Positions 49,796-58,906 of a DNA stretch of 64,000 nt are shown here, piece after piece. The stretch is from Candidatus Krumholzibacteriia bacterium (GTDB lineage: Bacteria > Krumholzibacteriota > Krumholzibacteriia > LZORAL124-64-63): NCBI GenBank assembly GCA_046484865.1, contig JAWOID010000104.1, positions 1 to 64,000 on the forward strand. The letters are read 5' to 3'. Position numbers and translations under genes: made by a program. Numbering within the stretch: position 1 is the stretch's first letter; the number at the start of each line of letters is the position of its first letter. The notes below the pieces were generated by a model. It searched no databases, had not been told where the DNA came from, and saw nothing but the letters and a program-made list of their open reading frames with translations.

Positions 49796-50449
49796 ATGCT
49801 CAGGAAACTCATGGGTCTTGTGGTTTGCATCATGGTGATCAGCGCTGCGGCCGCGAGTGCGAATGTGCCGAGCCTGACCCTGTCGACGGCGACGACGGCC
49901 GCGGCCGGACCGGTCGCGCTCTTCAATCTGCCGAACGGCACGGGCAACGCGTTCACCGCGGCGCGGGCCGCTCCTCCCTCGCCGGGTACCGCCGGTCCCA
50001 TCGTCGACGCCACCGTCACTCTGACGCTGCTCGACGGCAACGGCGACCCGATCTCCAACTACCCGGGCGAGGATCTCTGGCTCGGCACGACGTCCAGCAA
50101 CTTCTTCGCCTGCAACAACGGCACCATCGCCGACTTCAACACCAACGCGGCCGGCCAGACCGTGTGGGTGGATCCGATGCTCGCCGGCGGGTTCTCCCTG
50201 CCCGGTACGGATGTCACCAAGGTGTACGTGAACGGTGCCCCGCTGGCTGGCGCCGGCATGGCGATCTCGTTCAACAGCGCCGACATCTTCCCCGACGGTC
50301 GCGTGAACTCGTCGGACGTGGCGGCGTTCGCTGGCGACTACTTCGCAGCCTACAACTTCCGCAGCGACATGTACTACGACGGCGTGGTCAACGCGTCCGA
50401 CGTGGCGGCATTCGCGAACGGATTCGGCGCGGCTTGCCCGGGCCTGTAG
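49796..50449 (+). CDS. Secreted protein with C-terminal dockerin-like duplicated Ca-binding motif
   Basis: GGAGG RBS, Sec signal (ASA), and repeats DIFPDGRVNSSDVAAF / DMYYDGVVNASDVAAF. Confidence 0.75.
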   Translation: MLRKLMGLVVCIMVISAAAASANVPSLTLSTATTAAAGPVALFNLPNGTGNAFTAARAAPPSPGTAGPIVDATVTLTLLDGNGDPISNYPGEDLWLGTTSSNFFACNNGTIADFNTNAAGQTVWVDPMLAGGFSLPGTDVTKVYVNGAPLAGAGMAISFNSADIFPDGRVNSSDVAAFAGDYFAAYNFRSDMYYDGVVNASDVAAFANGFGAACPGL

Positions 50450-50716
50450 GTCGACGGTAATTCGACGGGAGTCCGGTCCGGTTCCGGTGGCGCAAGTCGG
50501 CGGACGGGCCGGGTCCCACGGACCGCGAGGGCGCGCTGGCACTCTCTCTCTCGAACTCCCGGGCTCGTCCCCGGCGAGAGGGAACACAGGCCCGAGCGGA
50601 CGATCAGATCTGGGCTCCCCGACCGGCGCAGGCGGCGGGGATTGGGCGACCGAGCCTCGCTCCGAGGCGCTCAGCACCGACATCACGGGACCTGCGCAAC
50701 AATAGGAGTCATCAAC

Positions 50717-51337
50717 ATGAAGAAGTTGCTAGTCATCCTGATGGTCGCCCTGATGGCTTCGGCCGCGGTCGCCCAGGATACCGGTACGGACAGCTTCGGC
50801 CTCTACTTCGACCCTGCATTCACCACGAACACGACCACCGTTGCGGCGGGTACGAACTTCAATATGTACATGGCGATCGCCGGACCGACCGTCCGCGGCT
50901 GCGCCACGCTGGAAGTCCAGTTGGCCGTGGTTCCCGGCGATGCGTACGTGTTCGTCAACGGCACCGTGTGGAACGGCACCGAGGGCATCGATGTCGACGG
51001 CACGACCTGGGGCTTCATCGTCGGTTTCGGTACCCCGATGATGGCTGTCGACAACAACATCTATGTCGGGTACCTGGTGCTCTCGACCTTCTCGCCGAGC
51101 TTCACGTTCCTGGCCGGCCCGGTCTCGCAGCCGAGCATCCCGAACGAGGCCTGCTACGTGGATCCGGACGACTTCGGCAACCTGGTCGTCCTGGAGTTCG
51201 CGACGGACGAGGACGGCATGGGTCGCGGCGCGAACGGCTGGCTGCTGCCCGGCTACGAGCTGGCAGCGGTGAACACCAATGCGGCCGTGAGTGCCGAGGA
51301 CGCCACCTGGTCCGAGGTGAAGGGGATGTTCCGGTAG
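50717..51337 (+). CDS. Secreted protein with C-terminal TWSEVKGMFR motif
   Basis: AGGAG RBS, MKKLLVILMVALMASAAVA signal, acidic beta-rich body. Confidence 0.8.
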   Translation: MKKLLVILMVALMASAAVAQDTGTDSFGLYFDPAFTTNTTTVAAGTNFNMYMAIAGPTVRGCATLEVQLAVVPGDAYVFVNGTVWNGTEGIDVDGTTWGFIVGFGTPMMAVDNNIYVGYLVLSTFSPSFTFLAGPVSQPSIPNEACYVDPDDFGNLVVLEFATDEDGMGRGANGWLLPGYELAAVNTNAAVSAEDATWSEVKGMFR

Positions 51338-51367
51338 ACCGGACCGTCTGACGTTCCTTCGCACAAG

Positions 51368-51401
51368 CGCACGGGCGGCTCTGCCGCCCGGGCGTCTTTT
51401 T
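51368..51401 (+). terminator. Intrinsic terminator
   Basis: CGGGCGGC-TCT-GCCGCCCG hairpin followed by GGCGTCTTTTT. Confidence 0.6.
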
Positions 51402-51418
51402 GGCGCGGAGTTTGCGTC

Positions 51419-51447
51419 TTGACAGGAAATCTCGTTACCTGGATATT
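51419..51447 (+). promoter_or_regulatory. Putative sigma70 promoter
   Basis: TTGACA-17 nt-GATATT. Confidence 0.5.
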
Positions 51448-51707
51448 GCGCCTAGACCGCGCCCGGACGGGTCGGGCCGGTGCGGTGCGAAGGATTTCCA
51501 GGCCGGGTGATGCCGCAGCAGGCGGCGACTCGTTTTCCTGGCCGGACGGAGCCGGGGGTCGCCGCGCCCTGCGGTCGTTTGGCGAAAAGCCCGGACGCAG
51601 CCCGGGCCGAGAGCCTGATCCGCCCACGCGGCGGATCGCGCCGGGGACGTGGGCTGATGAACCCAGGGCGAAGAGGGGACGACCAACAGAAAAGGGGTAA
51701 GGACGCC

Positions 51708-52337
51708 ATGAGGAAAACGATCAACGTGCTAGTCCTGGCCGCTCTGGCGGCATTCACGTTCCTCCTGCCGGCGGTCGGCCAGGCCGTCGAGCCCCCTCCG
51801 GGGCAGGATCGATTCGGCATCTACACGGCCGAGCATTTCGACGATCCGCTGATGGACGACCACCTTCCGGTGGCCGGTCCTTCGGGCACCCTCTACAACT
51901 TTCCCTTCATCATCACGGGCATGACCGCGCCGTCCTGCCGGTGCGTCGAGTTCATCGTCACTCATGACCCAGGGATCGCGTTCAGCGGATTCACCTGGAA
52001 CCAGAACAACATCGACATCGACAGCTCGCCGACCGGCGTCATCGCCGGGTTCGCGGAGCCCGCGATCCCGGTGTACGATGGGACCGACTATGCGTTCGTG
52101 GGTACCGCGGACATCCTGGTGTTCACCGATCAGCCCGTGCTGATCTACCTGAACCCGCACACCACGCCCTCGATCCCCGGCTTCATGACCTACTGCAACG
52201 GCCTGGACATCGGCGATCTGAAGGAAGTGCTGCCCTCGAGCGGCGCCTTCGAACTGCCGATCTTCGGGATCAACACGGACGTCCAGGTCCGCGCAGAGAG
52301 CGCCACCTGGTCGAGCGTGAAGGATCTGTTCCGGTAG
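51708..52337 (+). CDS. Secreted protein with C-terminal TWSSVKDLFR motif (likely paralog of 50717-51337)
   Basis: AAGGA RBS, Sec signal; shares DxFG(L/I)Y, IDxD, PSIP and the C-terminal motif with the upstream gene. Confidence 0.8.
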   Translation: MRKTINVLVLAALAAFTFLLPAVGQAVEPPPGQDRFGIYTAEHFDDPLMDDHLPVAGPSGTLYNFPFIITGMTAPSCRCVEFIVTHDPGIAFSGFTWNQNNIDIDSSPTGVIAGFAEPAIPVYDGTDYAFVGTADILVFTDQPVLIYLNPHTTPSIPGFMTYCNGLDIGDLKEVLPSSGAFELPIFGINTDVQVRAESATWSSVKDLFR

Positions 52338-52360
52338 ACAGGCCCACGCGAACGCGGGCA

Positions 52361-52382
52361 GGGGGCGGGGAAACCCGCCCCC
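52361..52382 (+). terminator. Hairpin after the second TW-motif gene
   Basis: GGGGGCGGG-AAA-CCCGCCCCC inverted repeat. Confidence 0.45.
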
Positions 52383-52670
52383 TGTTCTCGTCCGGGGGCG
52401 GCGAGCGACCGGGGCCGTCGGACGACCGGGGATGGTCATAGCGATCGCGACGATGTCACGCTCGAGCGGCACGTTTTGCCGGTCGCGAGCCCGTGGCGGG
52501 AACATTCCACCACCGGTCCTGTTGACCGGGGAGCGCGGCCGGTGCACGGCCCGCGCGGCGTCCGCCCCCGTTGACCGGACCGGGGCGGTATCCTATACTT
52601 GTCGGCGAAGGCTGAGCCCTTCCCCGCCCCTGGTCGCTTCCGGCCCTACCCCTGCAGGAGCCGATGCCCG

Positions 52671-55600
52671 ATGGATCGTCCCGTGCGCCCGCGATCGCCC
52701 CGGCGCGTAGCTGCGCCGGAAGGCGGCGCTCGCGTGCTTTCAGCCGCCGGCCGGCGTCCGGCGGCGTTCCCGTGGTCGCCTCCCGCCGTGGTGGCGGTGG
52801 CCGCCGTCCTGGCAGCCATGATGGCGGCCGTGCTGATGATGAGCGCCGTCGCCGCGCCGGCCCAGACCGCTGACGATCTGGCGCTGCCCGGCAAGGGCGA
52901 CGCGCCCGCGGTCGCCGCCCCGGTGCCGTCCGACGCCGTGCCGGCCGACACCGTACCGTCCGACGCCGTACCGTCCGGACCGGGGCCCGAACGCGTGATC
53001 TTCAGCGATGGCGAGATGGTGCGGTTCCGGGTGGAGAACGGGGCGCCGCGGTGGGCGTTGCGCAGCCTGCGGGGCGGCGCGCTGGAGCTGTACGAGCCGC
53101 TCGTGGACGGCTACGTGAACGGAGGCGTGCCGGCGCGTCCGGCGTTGCCTCGCCGCGGCGGCTGGATCCTGGTGCCTCCGGGCACCCGGCCCGAGTTGAG
53201 GGTCGTCGAGGAGACCTGGGAGGATGCCGGCGGCCGTCCCCTGATGGTGGTGCCCACGCCGGTGGTGCCGCGGGCGGGAGCTGCGGAGGGCGAGGCGCCG
53301 CGGACCCTGGCGGAGCAGATCCTGCTGCCGGGCGAGGACCCCGGCGGCGACGCCGTCGTATCCCCCCGGATTCGCGAACAGAGCGAGCGGACACCGGTGG
53401 CGGTGGGCGGACCCGCCGTGCGGCTGGGGGAAGCGAGTTTCTGGCGTGGTCGGCGGGTGGCCGACTACGCGATCACCGCGGTCCAGAGCGACGAGGCCGG
53501 ACGCGCCACGCGCTACCTGGCGGCAGGAACCTACGAGATCCGTTTCGTACCCGAGCCGCGACGGGATCCGGCGCTGGCCCGGGCGGCGGGAACCTATGCG
53601 CGGCGGCTGACGGGCCGCGGCGACGAGCGTTTCGGCTTCCTCTTCCTCAACGGCGGGCAACTGCCGTCGCTGCCCACCGAGGCGGCGGCAGGGGAGGTCG
53701 CGTTCGATCGCCCGCTCGCGGCGGCGGATCCGGCCCGGACCGCCGGCTACGAGCCGGCGCGCGGCGGCCAGGTGACGCCCCTCACCTCCGAGATCAAGCT
53801 GGTGGTGCGACGCACGCGGCTGTACCGGGTCACCGCGCAGTCCCTGCGCGACCGTGGCCTGATCACCGATCCGGACGTCCGCGAGGATCAGATCCGGCTG
53901 TACCAGCGACGGTACGTGGCCGAGCTGGACACGTGTGCCGGGTGCTCGGGCCCGCCCTGGATCGAGGTGGAGGTGCCGGTCCACCTGGTGGGCGACGGCG
54001 GCACCTTCGCCGGCGACGACGCCTTCTTCTTCCAGGGCCTGCGCCTGCGGGACGACCATGCCCACACCGCCGATCTCGGCGCCGGCCCGGTGGAGGTGCC
54101 CGGAGCCGGCGACCCGTTCGAGATGAACAACGCGGGCAACATCTACTGGCTGGCCTTCGCGGAGCCGCCCGCCGGCGGCGGCTGGTCCCGCATGGCGACC
54201 ACCACGCTGCCGGCGGCCGCCGGCCCGCCGGAGCCGCGCTACCGCCGCAGCGACCACTTCGAGGAGGCGGTGGCGTTCCGGACGTACGTCCCCAACCGTC
54301 TGGTCGACCGGGTCTACGCCAACAACTACTTCGACACCGCGGCGCGCCTGGGCATCACCTTCTGGTCGCCCGACCCGGCCGGCGGTCCCGTCGACCTCAC
54401 GGCCCAGCTGGCGGCGCACGACAACAACGCCCGCACGCTGGCGTTCGACCTGGAAGCGGGGGGCGTGCAGACGCCGCTCGGCCAGTACGAGACCGTCAAC
54501 CGCAGCCTGGTCACCTTCGAGACCACGCTGGCGCCGAGCCAGATCACCGCGCGAACCATGGACCTCGTGATGACGCGGGGCGGCGGTCTGATGCTGTTCG
54601 GCTATCTCAACTGGGCGCAGGTGGAGTACGACGCCCTCTTCAAGGCCATCCAGGGCGAACTGCTGTTCCCCGGCGGCGATCAACCCGGTGTCAACGACAT
54701 CGAGGTCACCGGCTTCGCGGACAGCGACCTGGGGCTGGTGGATGTGACCGACCCGCGCCGTCCGGTCCGCGTGCAACTCGGCCCGGAGAACGTGCAGCCC
54801 GACGGCGACGGCTACCGGCTATCGTTGCGCGTGGACCAGAGCGAAGGCCGGCGCCGCTTCTTCGTCGACGAGCGCATGTTCGGTGACGGCACGGGCGAGA
54901 TCCTCGCCTTCCTCGCCACCCGCGTGGACGATCCGGACGACCCGACCGTAGCGACCGGGGGAGCGCCCGACCTGGTGGTCATCTCGCATCCGGTGTTCAC
55001 CTCCGGGCTGGACCGCTGGATCCGGCACCGGCAGGACCGCGCCGGCGGCGACCTGGCCGCGCACGTGGTGGAGGTGGACGACCTCTACGACTGGTACAAC
55101 GGCGGCCTGCGCGATCCCTGGGCGCTGAAGCGCTTCACCACGCACGCCATCAACCGCTGGGGCAGCTGGGCGCTGGTGCTCGTGGGCGATGCCAACGAGA
55201 ACGCGCTCGAGCTGGGAGTCACCAGCGCCGCGCGGCCCTACGCCACCGACTGGGTGCCCACCCACCTGCACGGACAGGCGCTGTGGGGGTACGATCCGGC
55301 GCTGCTGGCCTCGGACAAGTGGTACGCCGTGCCCGCCGCCGACGACGACAACTGGCCGGAGTGGTACGGCCGGCCGCCTTCGAGCATGCTCACGGACATG
55401 TACGTCGGGCGCTTTCCCTGCAACAGCACGGCCGACCTGGAGGCCATGATCGACAAGATCATCGCCACCGAGACGGTGCAGCCGGGCGAGACCTGGCGGC
55501 GCCGGGGCATCTTCATGGCCGACGATGCCTGGTCCAGCGGCTTCATCACTGACGGGGGGGGCGCCTATCTGCGCTACGACGGCGGCGAGCGCGACTTCCA

Positions 55601-57284
55601 GAACAGCGAGGAACTGATGGCGCAGGGGTGGGAGGAGAACGCCGCCGGCGTGGCTCTGACCGCCGATCGCCAGTTCCTCGACAGCTACCTGCCCGAAAGC
55701 GACCCCGCGCTGCCTCGCAACTGGGGCCAGTATCGCGAGTACGCGGCCAGCTACGCCCTGCAGCCGCTGCTGGCGTCGCTGTCGGCGGGCGGGCTGCTGG
55801 TGCACTACCAGGGGCACGCGAACGAGAACCTGCTGGCCCACGAGACCTGGTTCGAGGACGAGTTCGACCCCCTGTTCCGGCGCGACGTCAGCAGCCTCGC
55901 CAACCGGGGCCGCTACTGGGTATTCTTCGGCATGGGCTGCCATGTCACGCACCTGGCCCAGTCGACGGTGTACCCCGCGACGGGCAGCTTCCGGGAACCC
56001 AGCCTCGGCGAGAAGCTCGTGACCACCCCCGGCAAGGGTGCGGTGGCCACGTACGGCAGCTCGGGTTACGAGTACCGCGACACGAACAAGCGGGCCAGCG
56101 AGCTGATGCACCGCCGCTGGGTCTTCGAGCCGCCGACCGTCTCGGTGGCGGGCGAGGCCGTCCACTCGCGCTGGGTGCTGGGCGAGCTGCTCTGGGCGGG
56201 CGAGGCCGACGTCCTGGCCACCTGGGGCAACAACGACCCGCGCTACCGCGAACTGGTGGCCCAGTTCCTCCTCATGGGCGATCCGCTGATGGTCCTGGAC
56301 GCCGGCGCCGCCGAGGTGACCGCCACCCTGCGGGGCAGTCCGGATCAGGAGATCGGCGGCGAGCAGGACCTGGTGGCCCTGGACGCGACCAACGTGCGGC
56401 GCCTCACCCTGGACATCGGCGACGAGGCCGGGGTGGCTCGCGTGCTCGTCCGCGATTCGGAAGGCGTGGTGCTGGCCGATGTGCGCGACCCCGCCGACGG
56501 CGGCGACGTGGCGGAGATCAGCTTCCCGCTGGCGCCGCAATCGCACCAGCGGGCGCTGGCCGAGCTGTCTCTCCCCGTGCGACCGTTCGATCACTCGCTG
56601 ACGGTGCACGTCTTCGACACCGCCGACCGCAGCGAACAGGATGACCACTGGCAGGTGCGGTTGCACCAGCGTCAGACGGCGGTCTTCGTGGCCGAGGGAG
56701 CACCGATCGATCCGCAGACGTACGAGTTCCCGCTGGACACGCCGGTGGCGGTGAGCGCCGTGATCACCGGCGCGGCCTGGCTGGACGACGGCACCGAGGT
56801 CGCGCTCACGGGCCGCAATCTGGGCGTGAGCAACCTGCAGGTGGAACCGCTGGACGGGCGCACCCTGGAACTGAGTTTCACCGCGGTGGCCCACGCCGAC
56901 ACGCAGCAGTCGCGCGCCGTGCTGCTGTCCATCGACGGATACGAGACGGAGCACGTGCTCGTGACCCGCACCGGCCCCGGACAGCAGGTGGCGGTCACCG
57001 ATCTCTTCTGCTACCCGAATCCGCTGCGCGACGCGACGCGATTCGTCTTCCGCTCCGGCGCATCGGCGGCGCCCGGCAGGGTCCTGGTCTACACGGTGAG
57101 CGGACGGCACGTGGCCGACCTGCCGTTCACCTACGGCGGGACCGGCGACGCGGTGGTCGACTGGAACGCACGCGACCGCGAGGGCGATCGGCTCGCCAAC
57201 GGCGTGTACCTGTACCGGGTGGTCCTCGACACGGCGGCAGGCCGGGTGGCCAGCGACATGCAACGCCTGGTGATCATGCAGTGA
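52671..57284 (+). CDS. C25 (gingipain/PorU-like) cysteine peptidase with C-terminal FlgD-Ig/T9SS-type domain
   Basis: LVLVGDA, ASDKWY, YVGRFP, FMADD; catalytic HYQGHA (His 55815) and GMGCH (Cys 55938); LMGDP; tail YPNP...VYTVSGR...WNARD...LANGVYLYR. Confidence 0.82.
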   Translation: MDRPVRPRSPRRVAAPEGGARVLSAAGRRPAAFPWSPPAVVAVAAVLAAMMAAVLMMSAVAAPAQTADDLALPGKGDAPAVAAPVPSDAVPADTVPSDAVPSGPGPERVIFSDGEMVRFRVENGAPRWALRSLRGGALELYEPLVDGYVNGGVPARPALPRRGGWILVPPGTRPELRVVEETWEDAGGRPLMVVPTPVVPRAGAAEGEAPRTLAEQILLPGEDPGGDAVVSPRIREQSERTPVAVGGPAVRLGEASFWRGRRVADYAITAVQSDEAGRATRYLAAGTYEIRFVPEPRRDPALARAAGTYARRLTGRGDERFGFLFLNGGQLPSLPTEAAAGEVAFDRPLAAADPARTAGYEPARGGQVTPLTSEIKLVVRRTRLYRVTAQSLRDRGLITDPDVREDQIRLYQRRYVAELDTCAGCSGPPWIEVEVPVHLVGDGGTFAGDDAFFFQGLRLRDDHAHTADLGAGPVEVPGAGDPFEMNNAGNIYWLAFAEPPAGGGWSRMATTTLPAAAGPPEPRYRRSDHFEEAVAFRTYVPNRLVDRVYANNYFDTAARLGITFWSPDPAGGPVDLTAQLAAHDNNARTLAFDLEAGGVQTPLGQYETVNRSLVTFETTLAPSQITARTMDLVMTRGGGLMLFGYLNWAQVEYDALFKAIQGELLFPGGDQPGVNDIEVTGFADSDLGLVDVTDPRRPVRVQLGPENVQPDGDGYRLSLRVDQSEGRRRFFVDERMFGDGTGEILAFLATRVDDPDDPTVATGGAPDLVVISHPVFTSGLDRWIRHRQDRAGGDLAAHVVEVDDLYDWYNGGLRDPWALKRFTTHAINRWGSWALVLVGDANENALELGVTSAARPYATDWVPTHLHGQALWGYDPALLASDKWYAVPAADDDNWPEWYGRPPSSMLTDMYVGRFPCNSTADLEAMIDKIIATETVQPGETWRRRGIFMADDAWSSGFITDGGGAYLRYDGGERDFQNSEELMAQGWEENAAGVALTADRQFLDSYLPESDPALPRNWGQYREYAASYALQPLLASLSAGGLLVHYQGHANENLLAHETWFEDEFDPLFRRDVSSLANRGRYWVFFGMGCHVTHLAQSTVYPATGSFREPSLGEKLVTTPGKGAVATYGSSGYEYRDTNKRASELMHRRWVFEPPTVSVAGEAVHSRWVLGELLWAGEADVLATWGNNDPRYRELVAQFLLMGDPLMVLDAGAAEVTATLRGSPDQEIGGEQDLVALDATNVRRLTLDIGDEAGVARVLVRDSEGVVLADVRDPADGGDVAEISFPLAPQSHQRALAELSLPVRPFDHSLTVHVFDTADRSEQDDHWQVRLHQRQTAVFVAEGAPIDPQTYEFPLDTPVAVSAVITGAAWLDDGTEVALTGRNLGVSNLQVEPLDGRTLELSFTAVAHADTQQSRAVLLSIDGYETEHVLVTRTGPGQQVAVTDLFCYPNPLRDATRFVFRSGASAAPGRVLVYTVSGRHVADLPFTYGGTGDAVVDWNARDREGDRLANGVYLYRVVLDTAAGRVASDMQRLVIMQ

Positions 57285-58906
57285 ACCGCGGTTCGCCTGC
57301 AGGGAGGCGCATGCTGGACCGGGACGGGAAGGAACCCAGCGCCTCGCCGCGACAGCGACCGGCGCTGCACCGCGACCGCACGAGGCCGGCGGCCCGAGCG
57401 GGCGCGGTCGCAACACTCACCCCGGCGATCGTGGTGGTCGCTGTCGTGCTGGCGGTCCTGCTGGCCCTGGCCGGCTGCGCCGGCCCGCGCCGGGTGGTCG
57501 AGGAGCCGGCCGAGGTCGCCGTTCCCCCGGCGATCGAGTCGCCGGTGGCGCGGCCGCGGCCGTCGACAGGACCGCTGCTGGTGCGGGTGGGGATGGCCGT
57601 CGGGCAGCCGGAAGTCCACCTGACCGCCGACGGACCCTGCTACGTGCGGACGGTCGGCGGCGGGCCGGGCGGCGACGCGCCCGCCCTGGCCGGGCCGGGC
57701 GCGATCGGGTCGAGGGGACCGGGCGGGGCCGGTGGCGGGCGACCCGGCGACGGCACGGTGTTGCGGGCGCGTGAACTGCACGTCGCCCGCGACGGCGCAG
57801 CGGTGCGCTGGCGAACCGGCGATCACCGGGACCTGGCCCGGGCGGTGGTGCTGCAGCCCGTCGATCCCGCCCATCTCGTGCACTGGAACGACCTCTCCCT
57901 GCGGGGGGAGGTCGTCGTCTTCGGCGACCGCTCCGGTCGCGGACTCACCGTGGTGAACACCCTCGATCTCGAGGACTACCTGCGCGGCGTGGTGCCGTGG
58001 GAGATCGGCCGACCGGGTCCCGCCGGTCGGGCGGCCGTGGCGGCCCAGGCGGTGGCGGCGCGCACCTACACCGTGTCGCACCTGGGGGCTCGCGAGGCGC
58101 TCGGCTTCGACGTCTGGGCCGGAGTGGAGGATCAGGTGTACCGGGGCGCGGCGCAGGAAGATCCCGAGGCCAACCTGGCCATCGCCGGCACGGCCGGCCT
58201 GGTGCTCCGGCACGACGCCGGCGGGCCGGACGGCGGCGGCGGCGAGATCGAGGCGTTCTACAGCGCCGCCTGCGGCGGCAGCACGAGCCAGGTGGAGGAG
58301 GTGTGGCCCCGGCCCGCGCGTCCTTACCTGGTCTGCCATCCCGACGGGCCCGGCGCCGACGGTCTGCCCTGGTGCGCCGGCTCACGCCACTTCCGCTGGG
58401 TGGAGACCTGGACGCAGGCCGAGTTGCAGGAGATCCTCGAGCGCACCCTGCCCCCGTACGTGGAGCGCATGAGCCGGCGGGACCGGGCCGACTGGGCCGG
58501 CCCGTCGTTCACGCCCGCTCGGCCAGGCGACGGTCCCGGGCGGCCGGGACGCTGGCGCGACCTCGTGGTGGTCGAACGCACGCGCAGCGGGCGTGTCGCG
58601 CGCCTGGACGTGGTCTGCGAGGCCGGCACCTACCACCTGCGCGGCGACCGCCTGCGCTGGGTCCTGGTCCCGGCCGACGGCGACCCCTTCATCCTGCGCA
58701 GCGCGGCCATCGACCTGGAGATCGACCGTCCGGCGGGCGCGCCGGCGACGGTGACGGTGCGCGGCGGAGGGTTCGGTCACGGGGTGGGCATGTGCCAGAG
58801 CGGAGCGCTGGCGATGGCCGCCGCGGGCAAGACCTACCGCGAGATCCTGGCCCACTACTACCCGGGAGCCCGGCTCGAGCCGGTGGACGGGGAGGTCCGG
58901 CCGTGA
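57281..58906 (+). CDS. SpoIID/LytB-domain lytic transglycosylase, lipoprotein
   Basis: LAGC lipobox, LEDYLRGVVPWE, AQAVAARTY, DQVYRG, GGFGHGVGMCQ, ILAHYYPG. Confidence 0.9.
   Translation: MNRGSPAGRRMLDRDGKEPSASPRQRPALHRDRTRPAARAGAVATLTPAIVVVAVVLAVLLALAGCAGPRRVVEEPAEVAVPPAIESPVARPRPSTGPLLVRVGMAVGQPEVHLTADGPCYVRTVGGGPGGDAPALAGPGAIGSRGPGGAGGGRPGDGTVLRARELHVARDGAAVRWRTGDHRDLARAVVLQPVDPAHLVHWNDLSLRGEVVVFGDRSGRGLTVVNTLDLEDYLRGVVPWEIGRPGPAGRAAVAAQAVAARTYTVSHLGAREALGFDVWAGVEDQVYRGAAQEDPEANLAIAGTAGLVLRHDAGGPDGGGGEIEAFYSAACGGSTSQVEEVWPRPARPYLVCHPDGPGADGLPWCAGSRHFRWVETWTQAELQEILERTLPPYVERMSRRDRADWAGPSFTPARPGDGPGRPGRWRDLVVVERTRSGRVARLDVVCEAGTYHLRGDRLRWVLVPADGDPFILRSAAIDLEIDRPAGAPATVTVRGGGFGHGVGMCQSGALAMAAAGKTYREILAHYYPGARLEPVDGEVRP

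Noticed and set aside
49441..52340. Genomic island after tRNA-Val (somewhat lower GC)
   Set aside because: No mobility gene or att duplication. The composition fits promoter regions and highly expressed secreted proteins.
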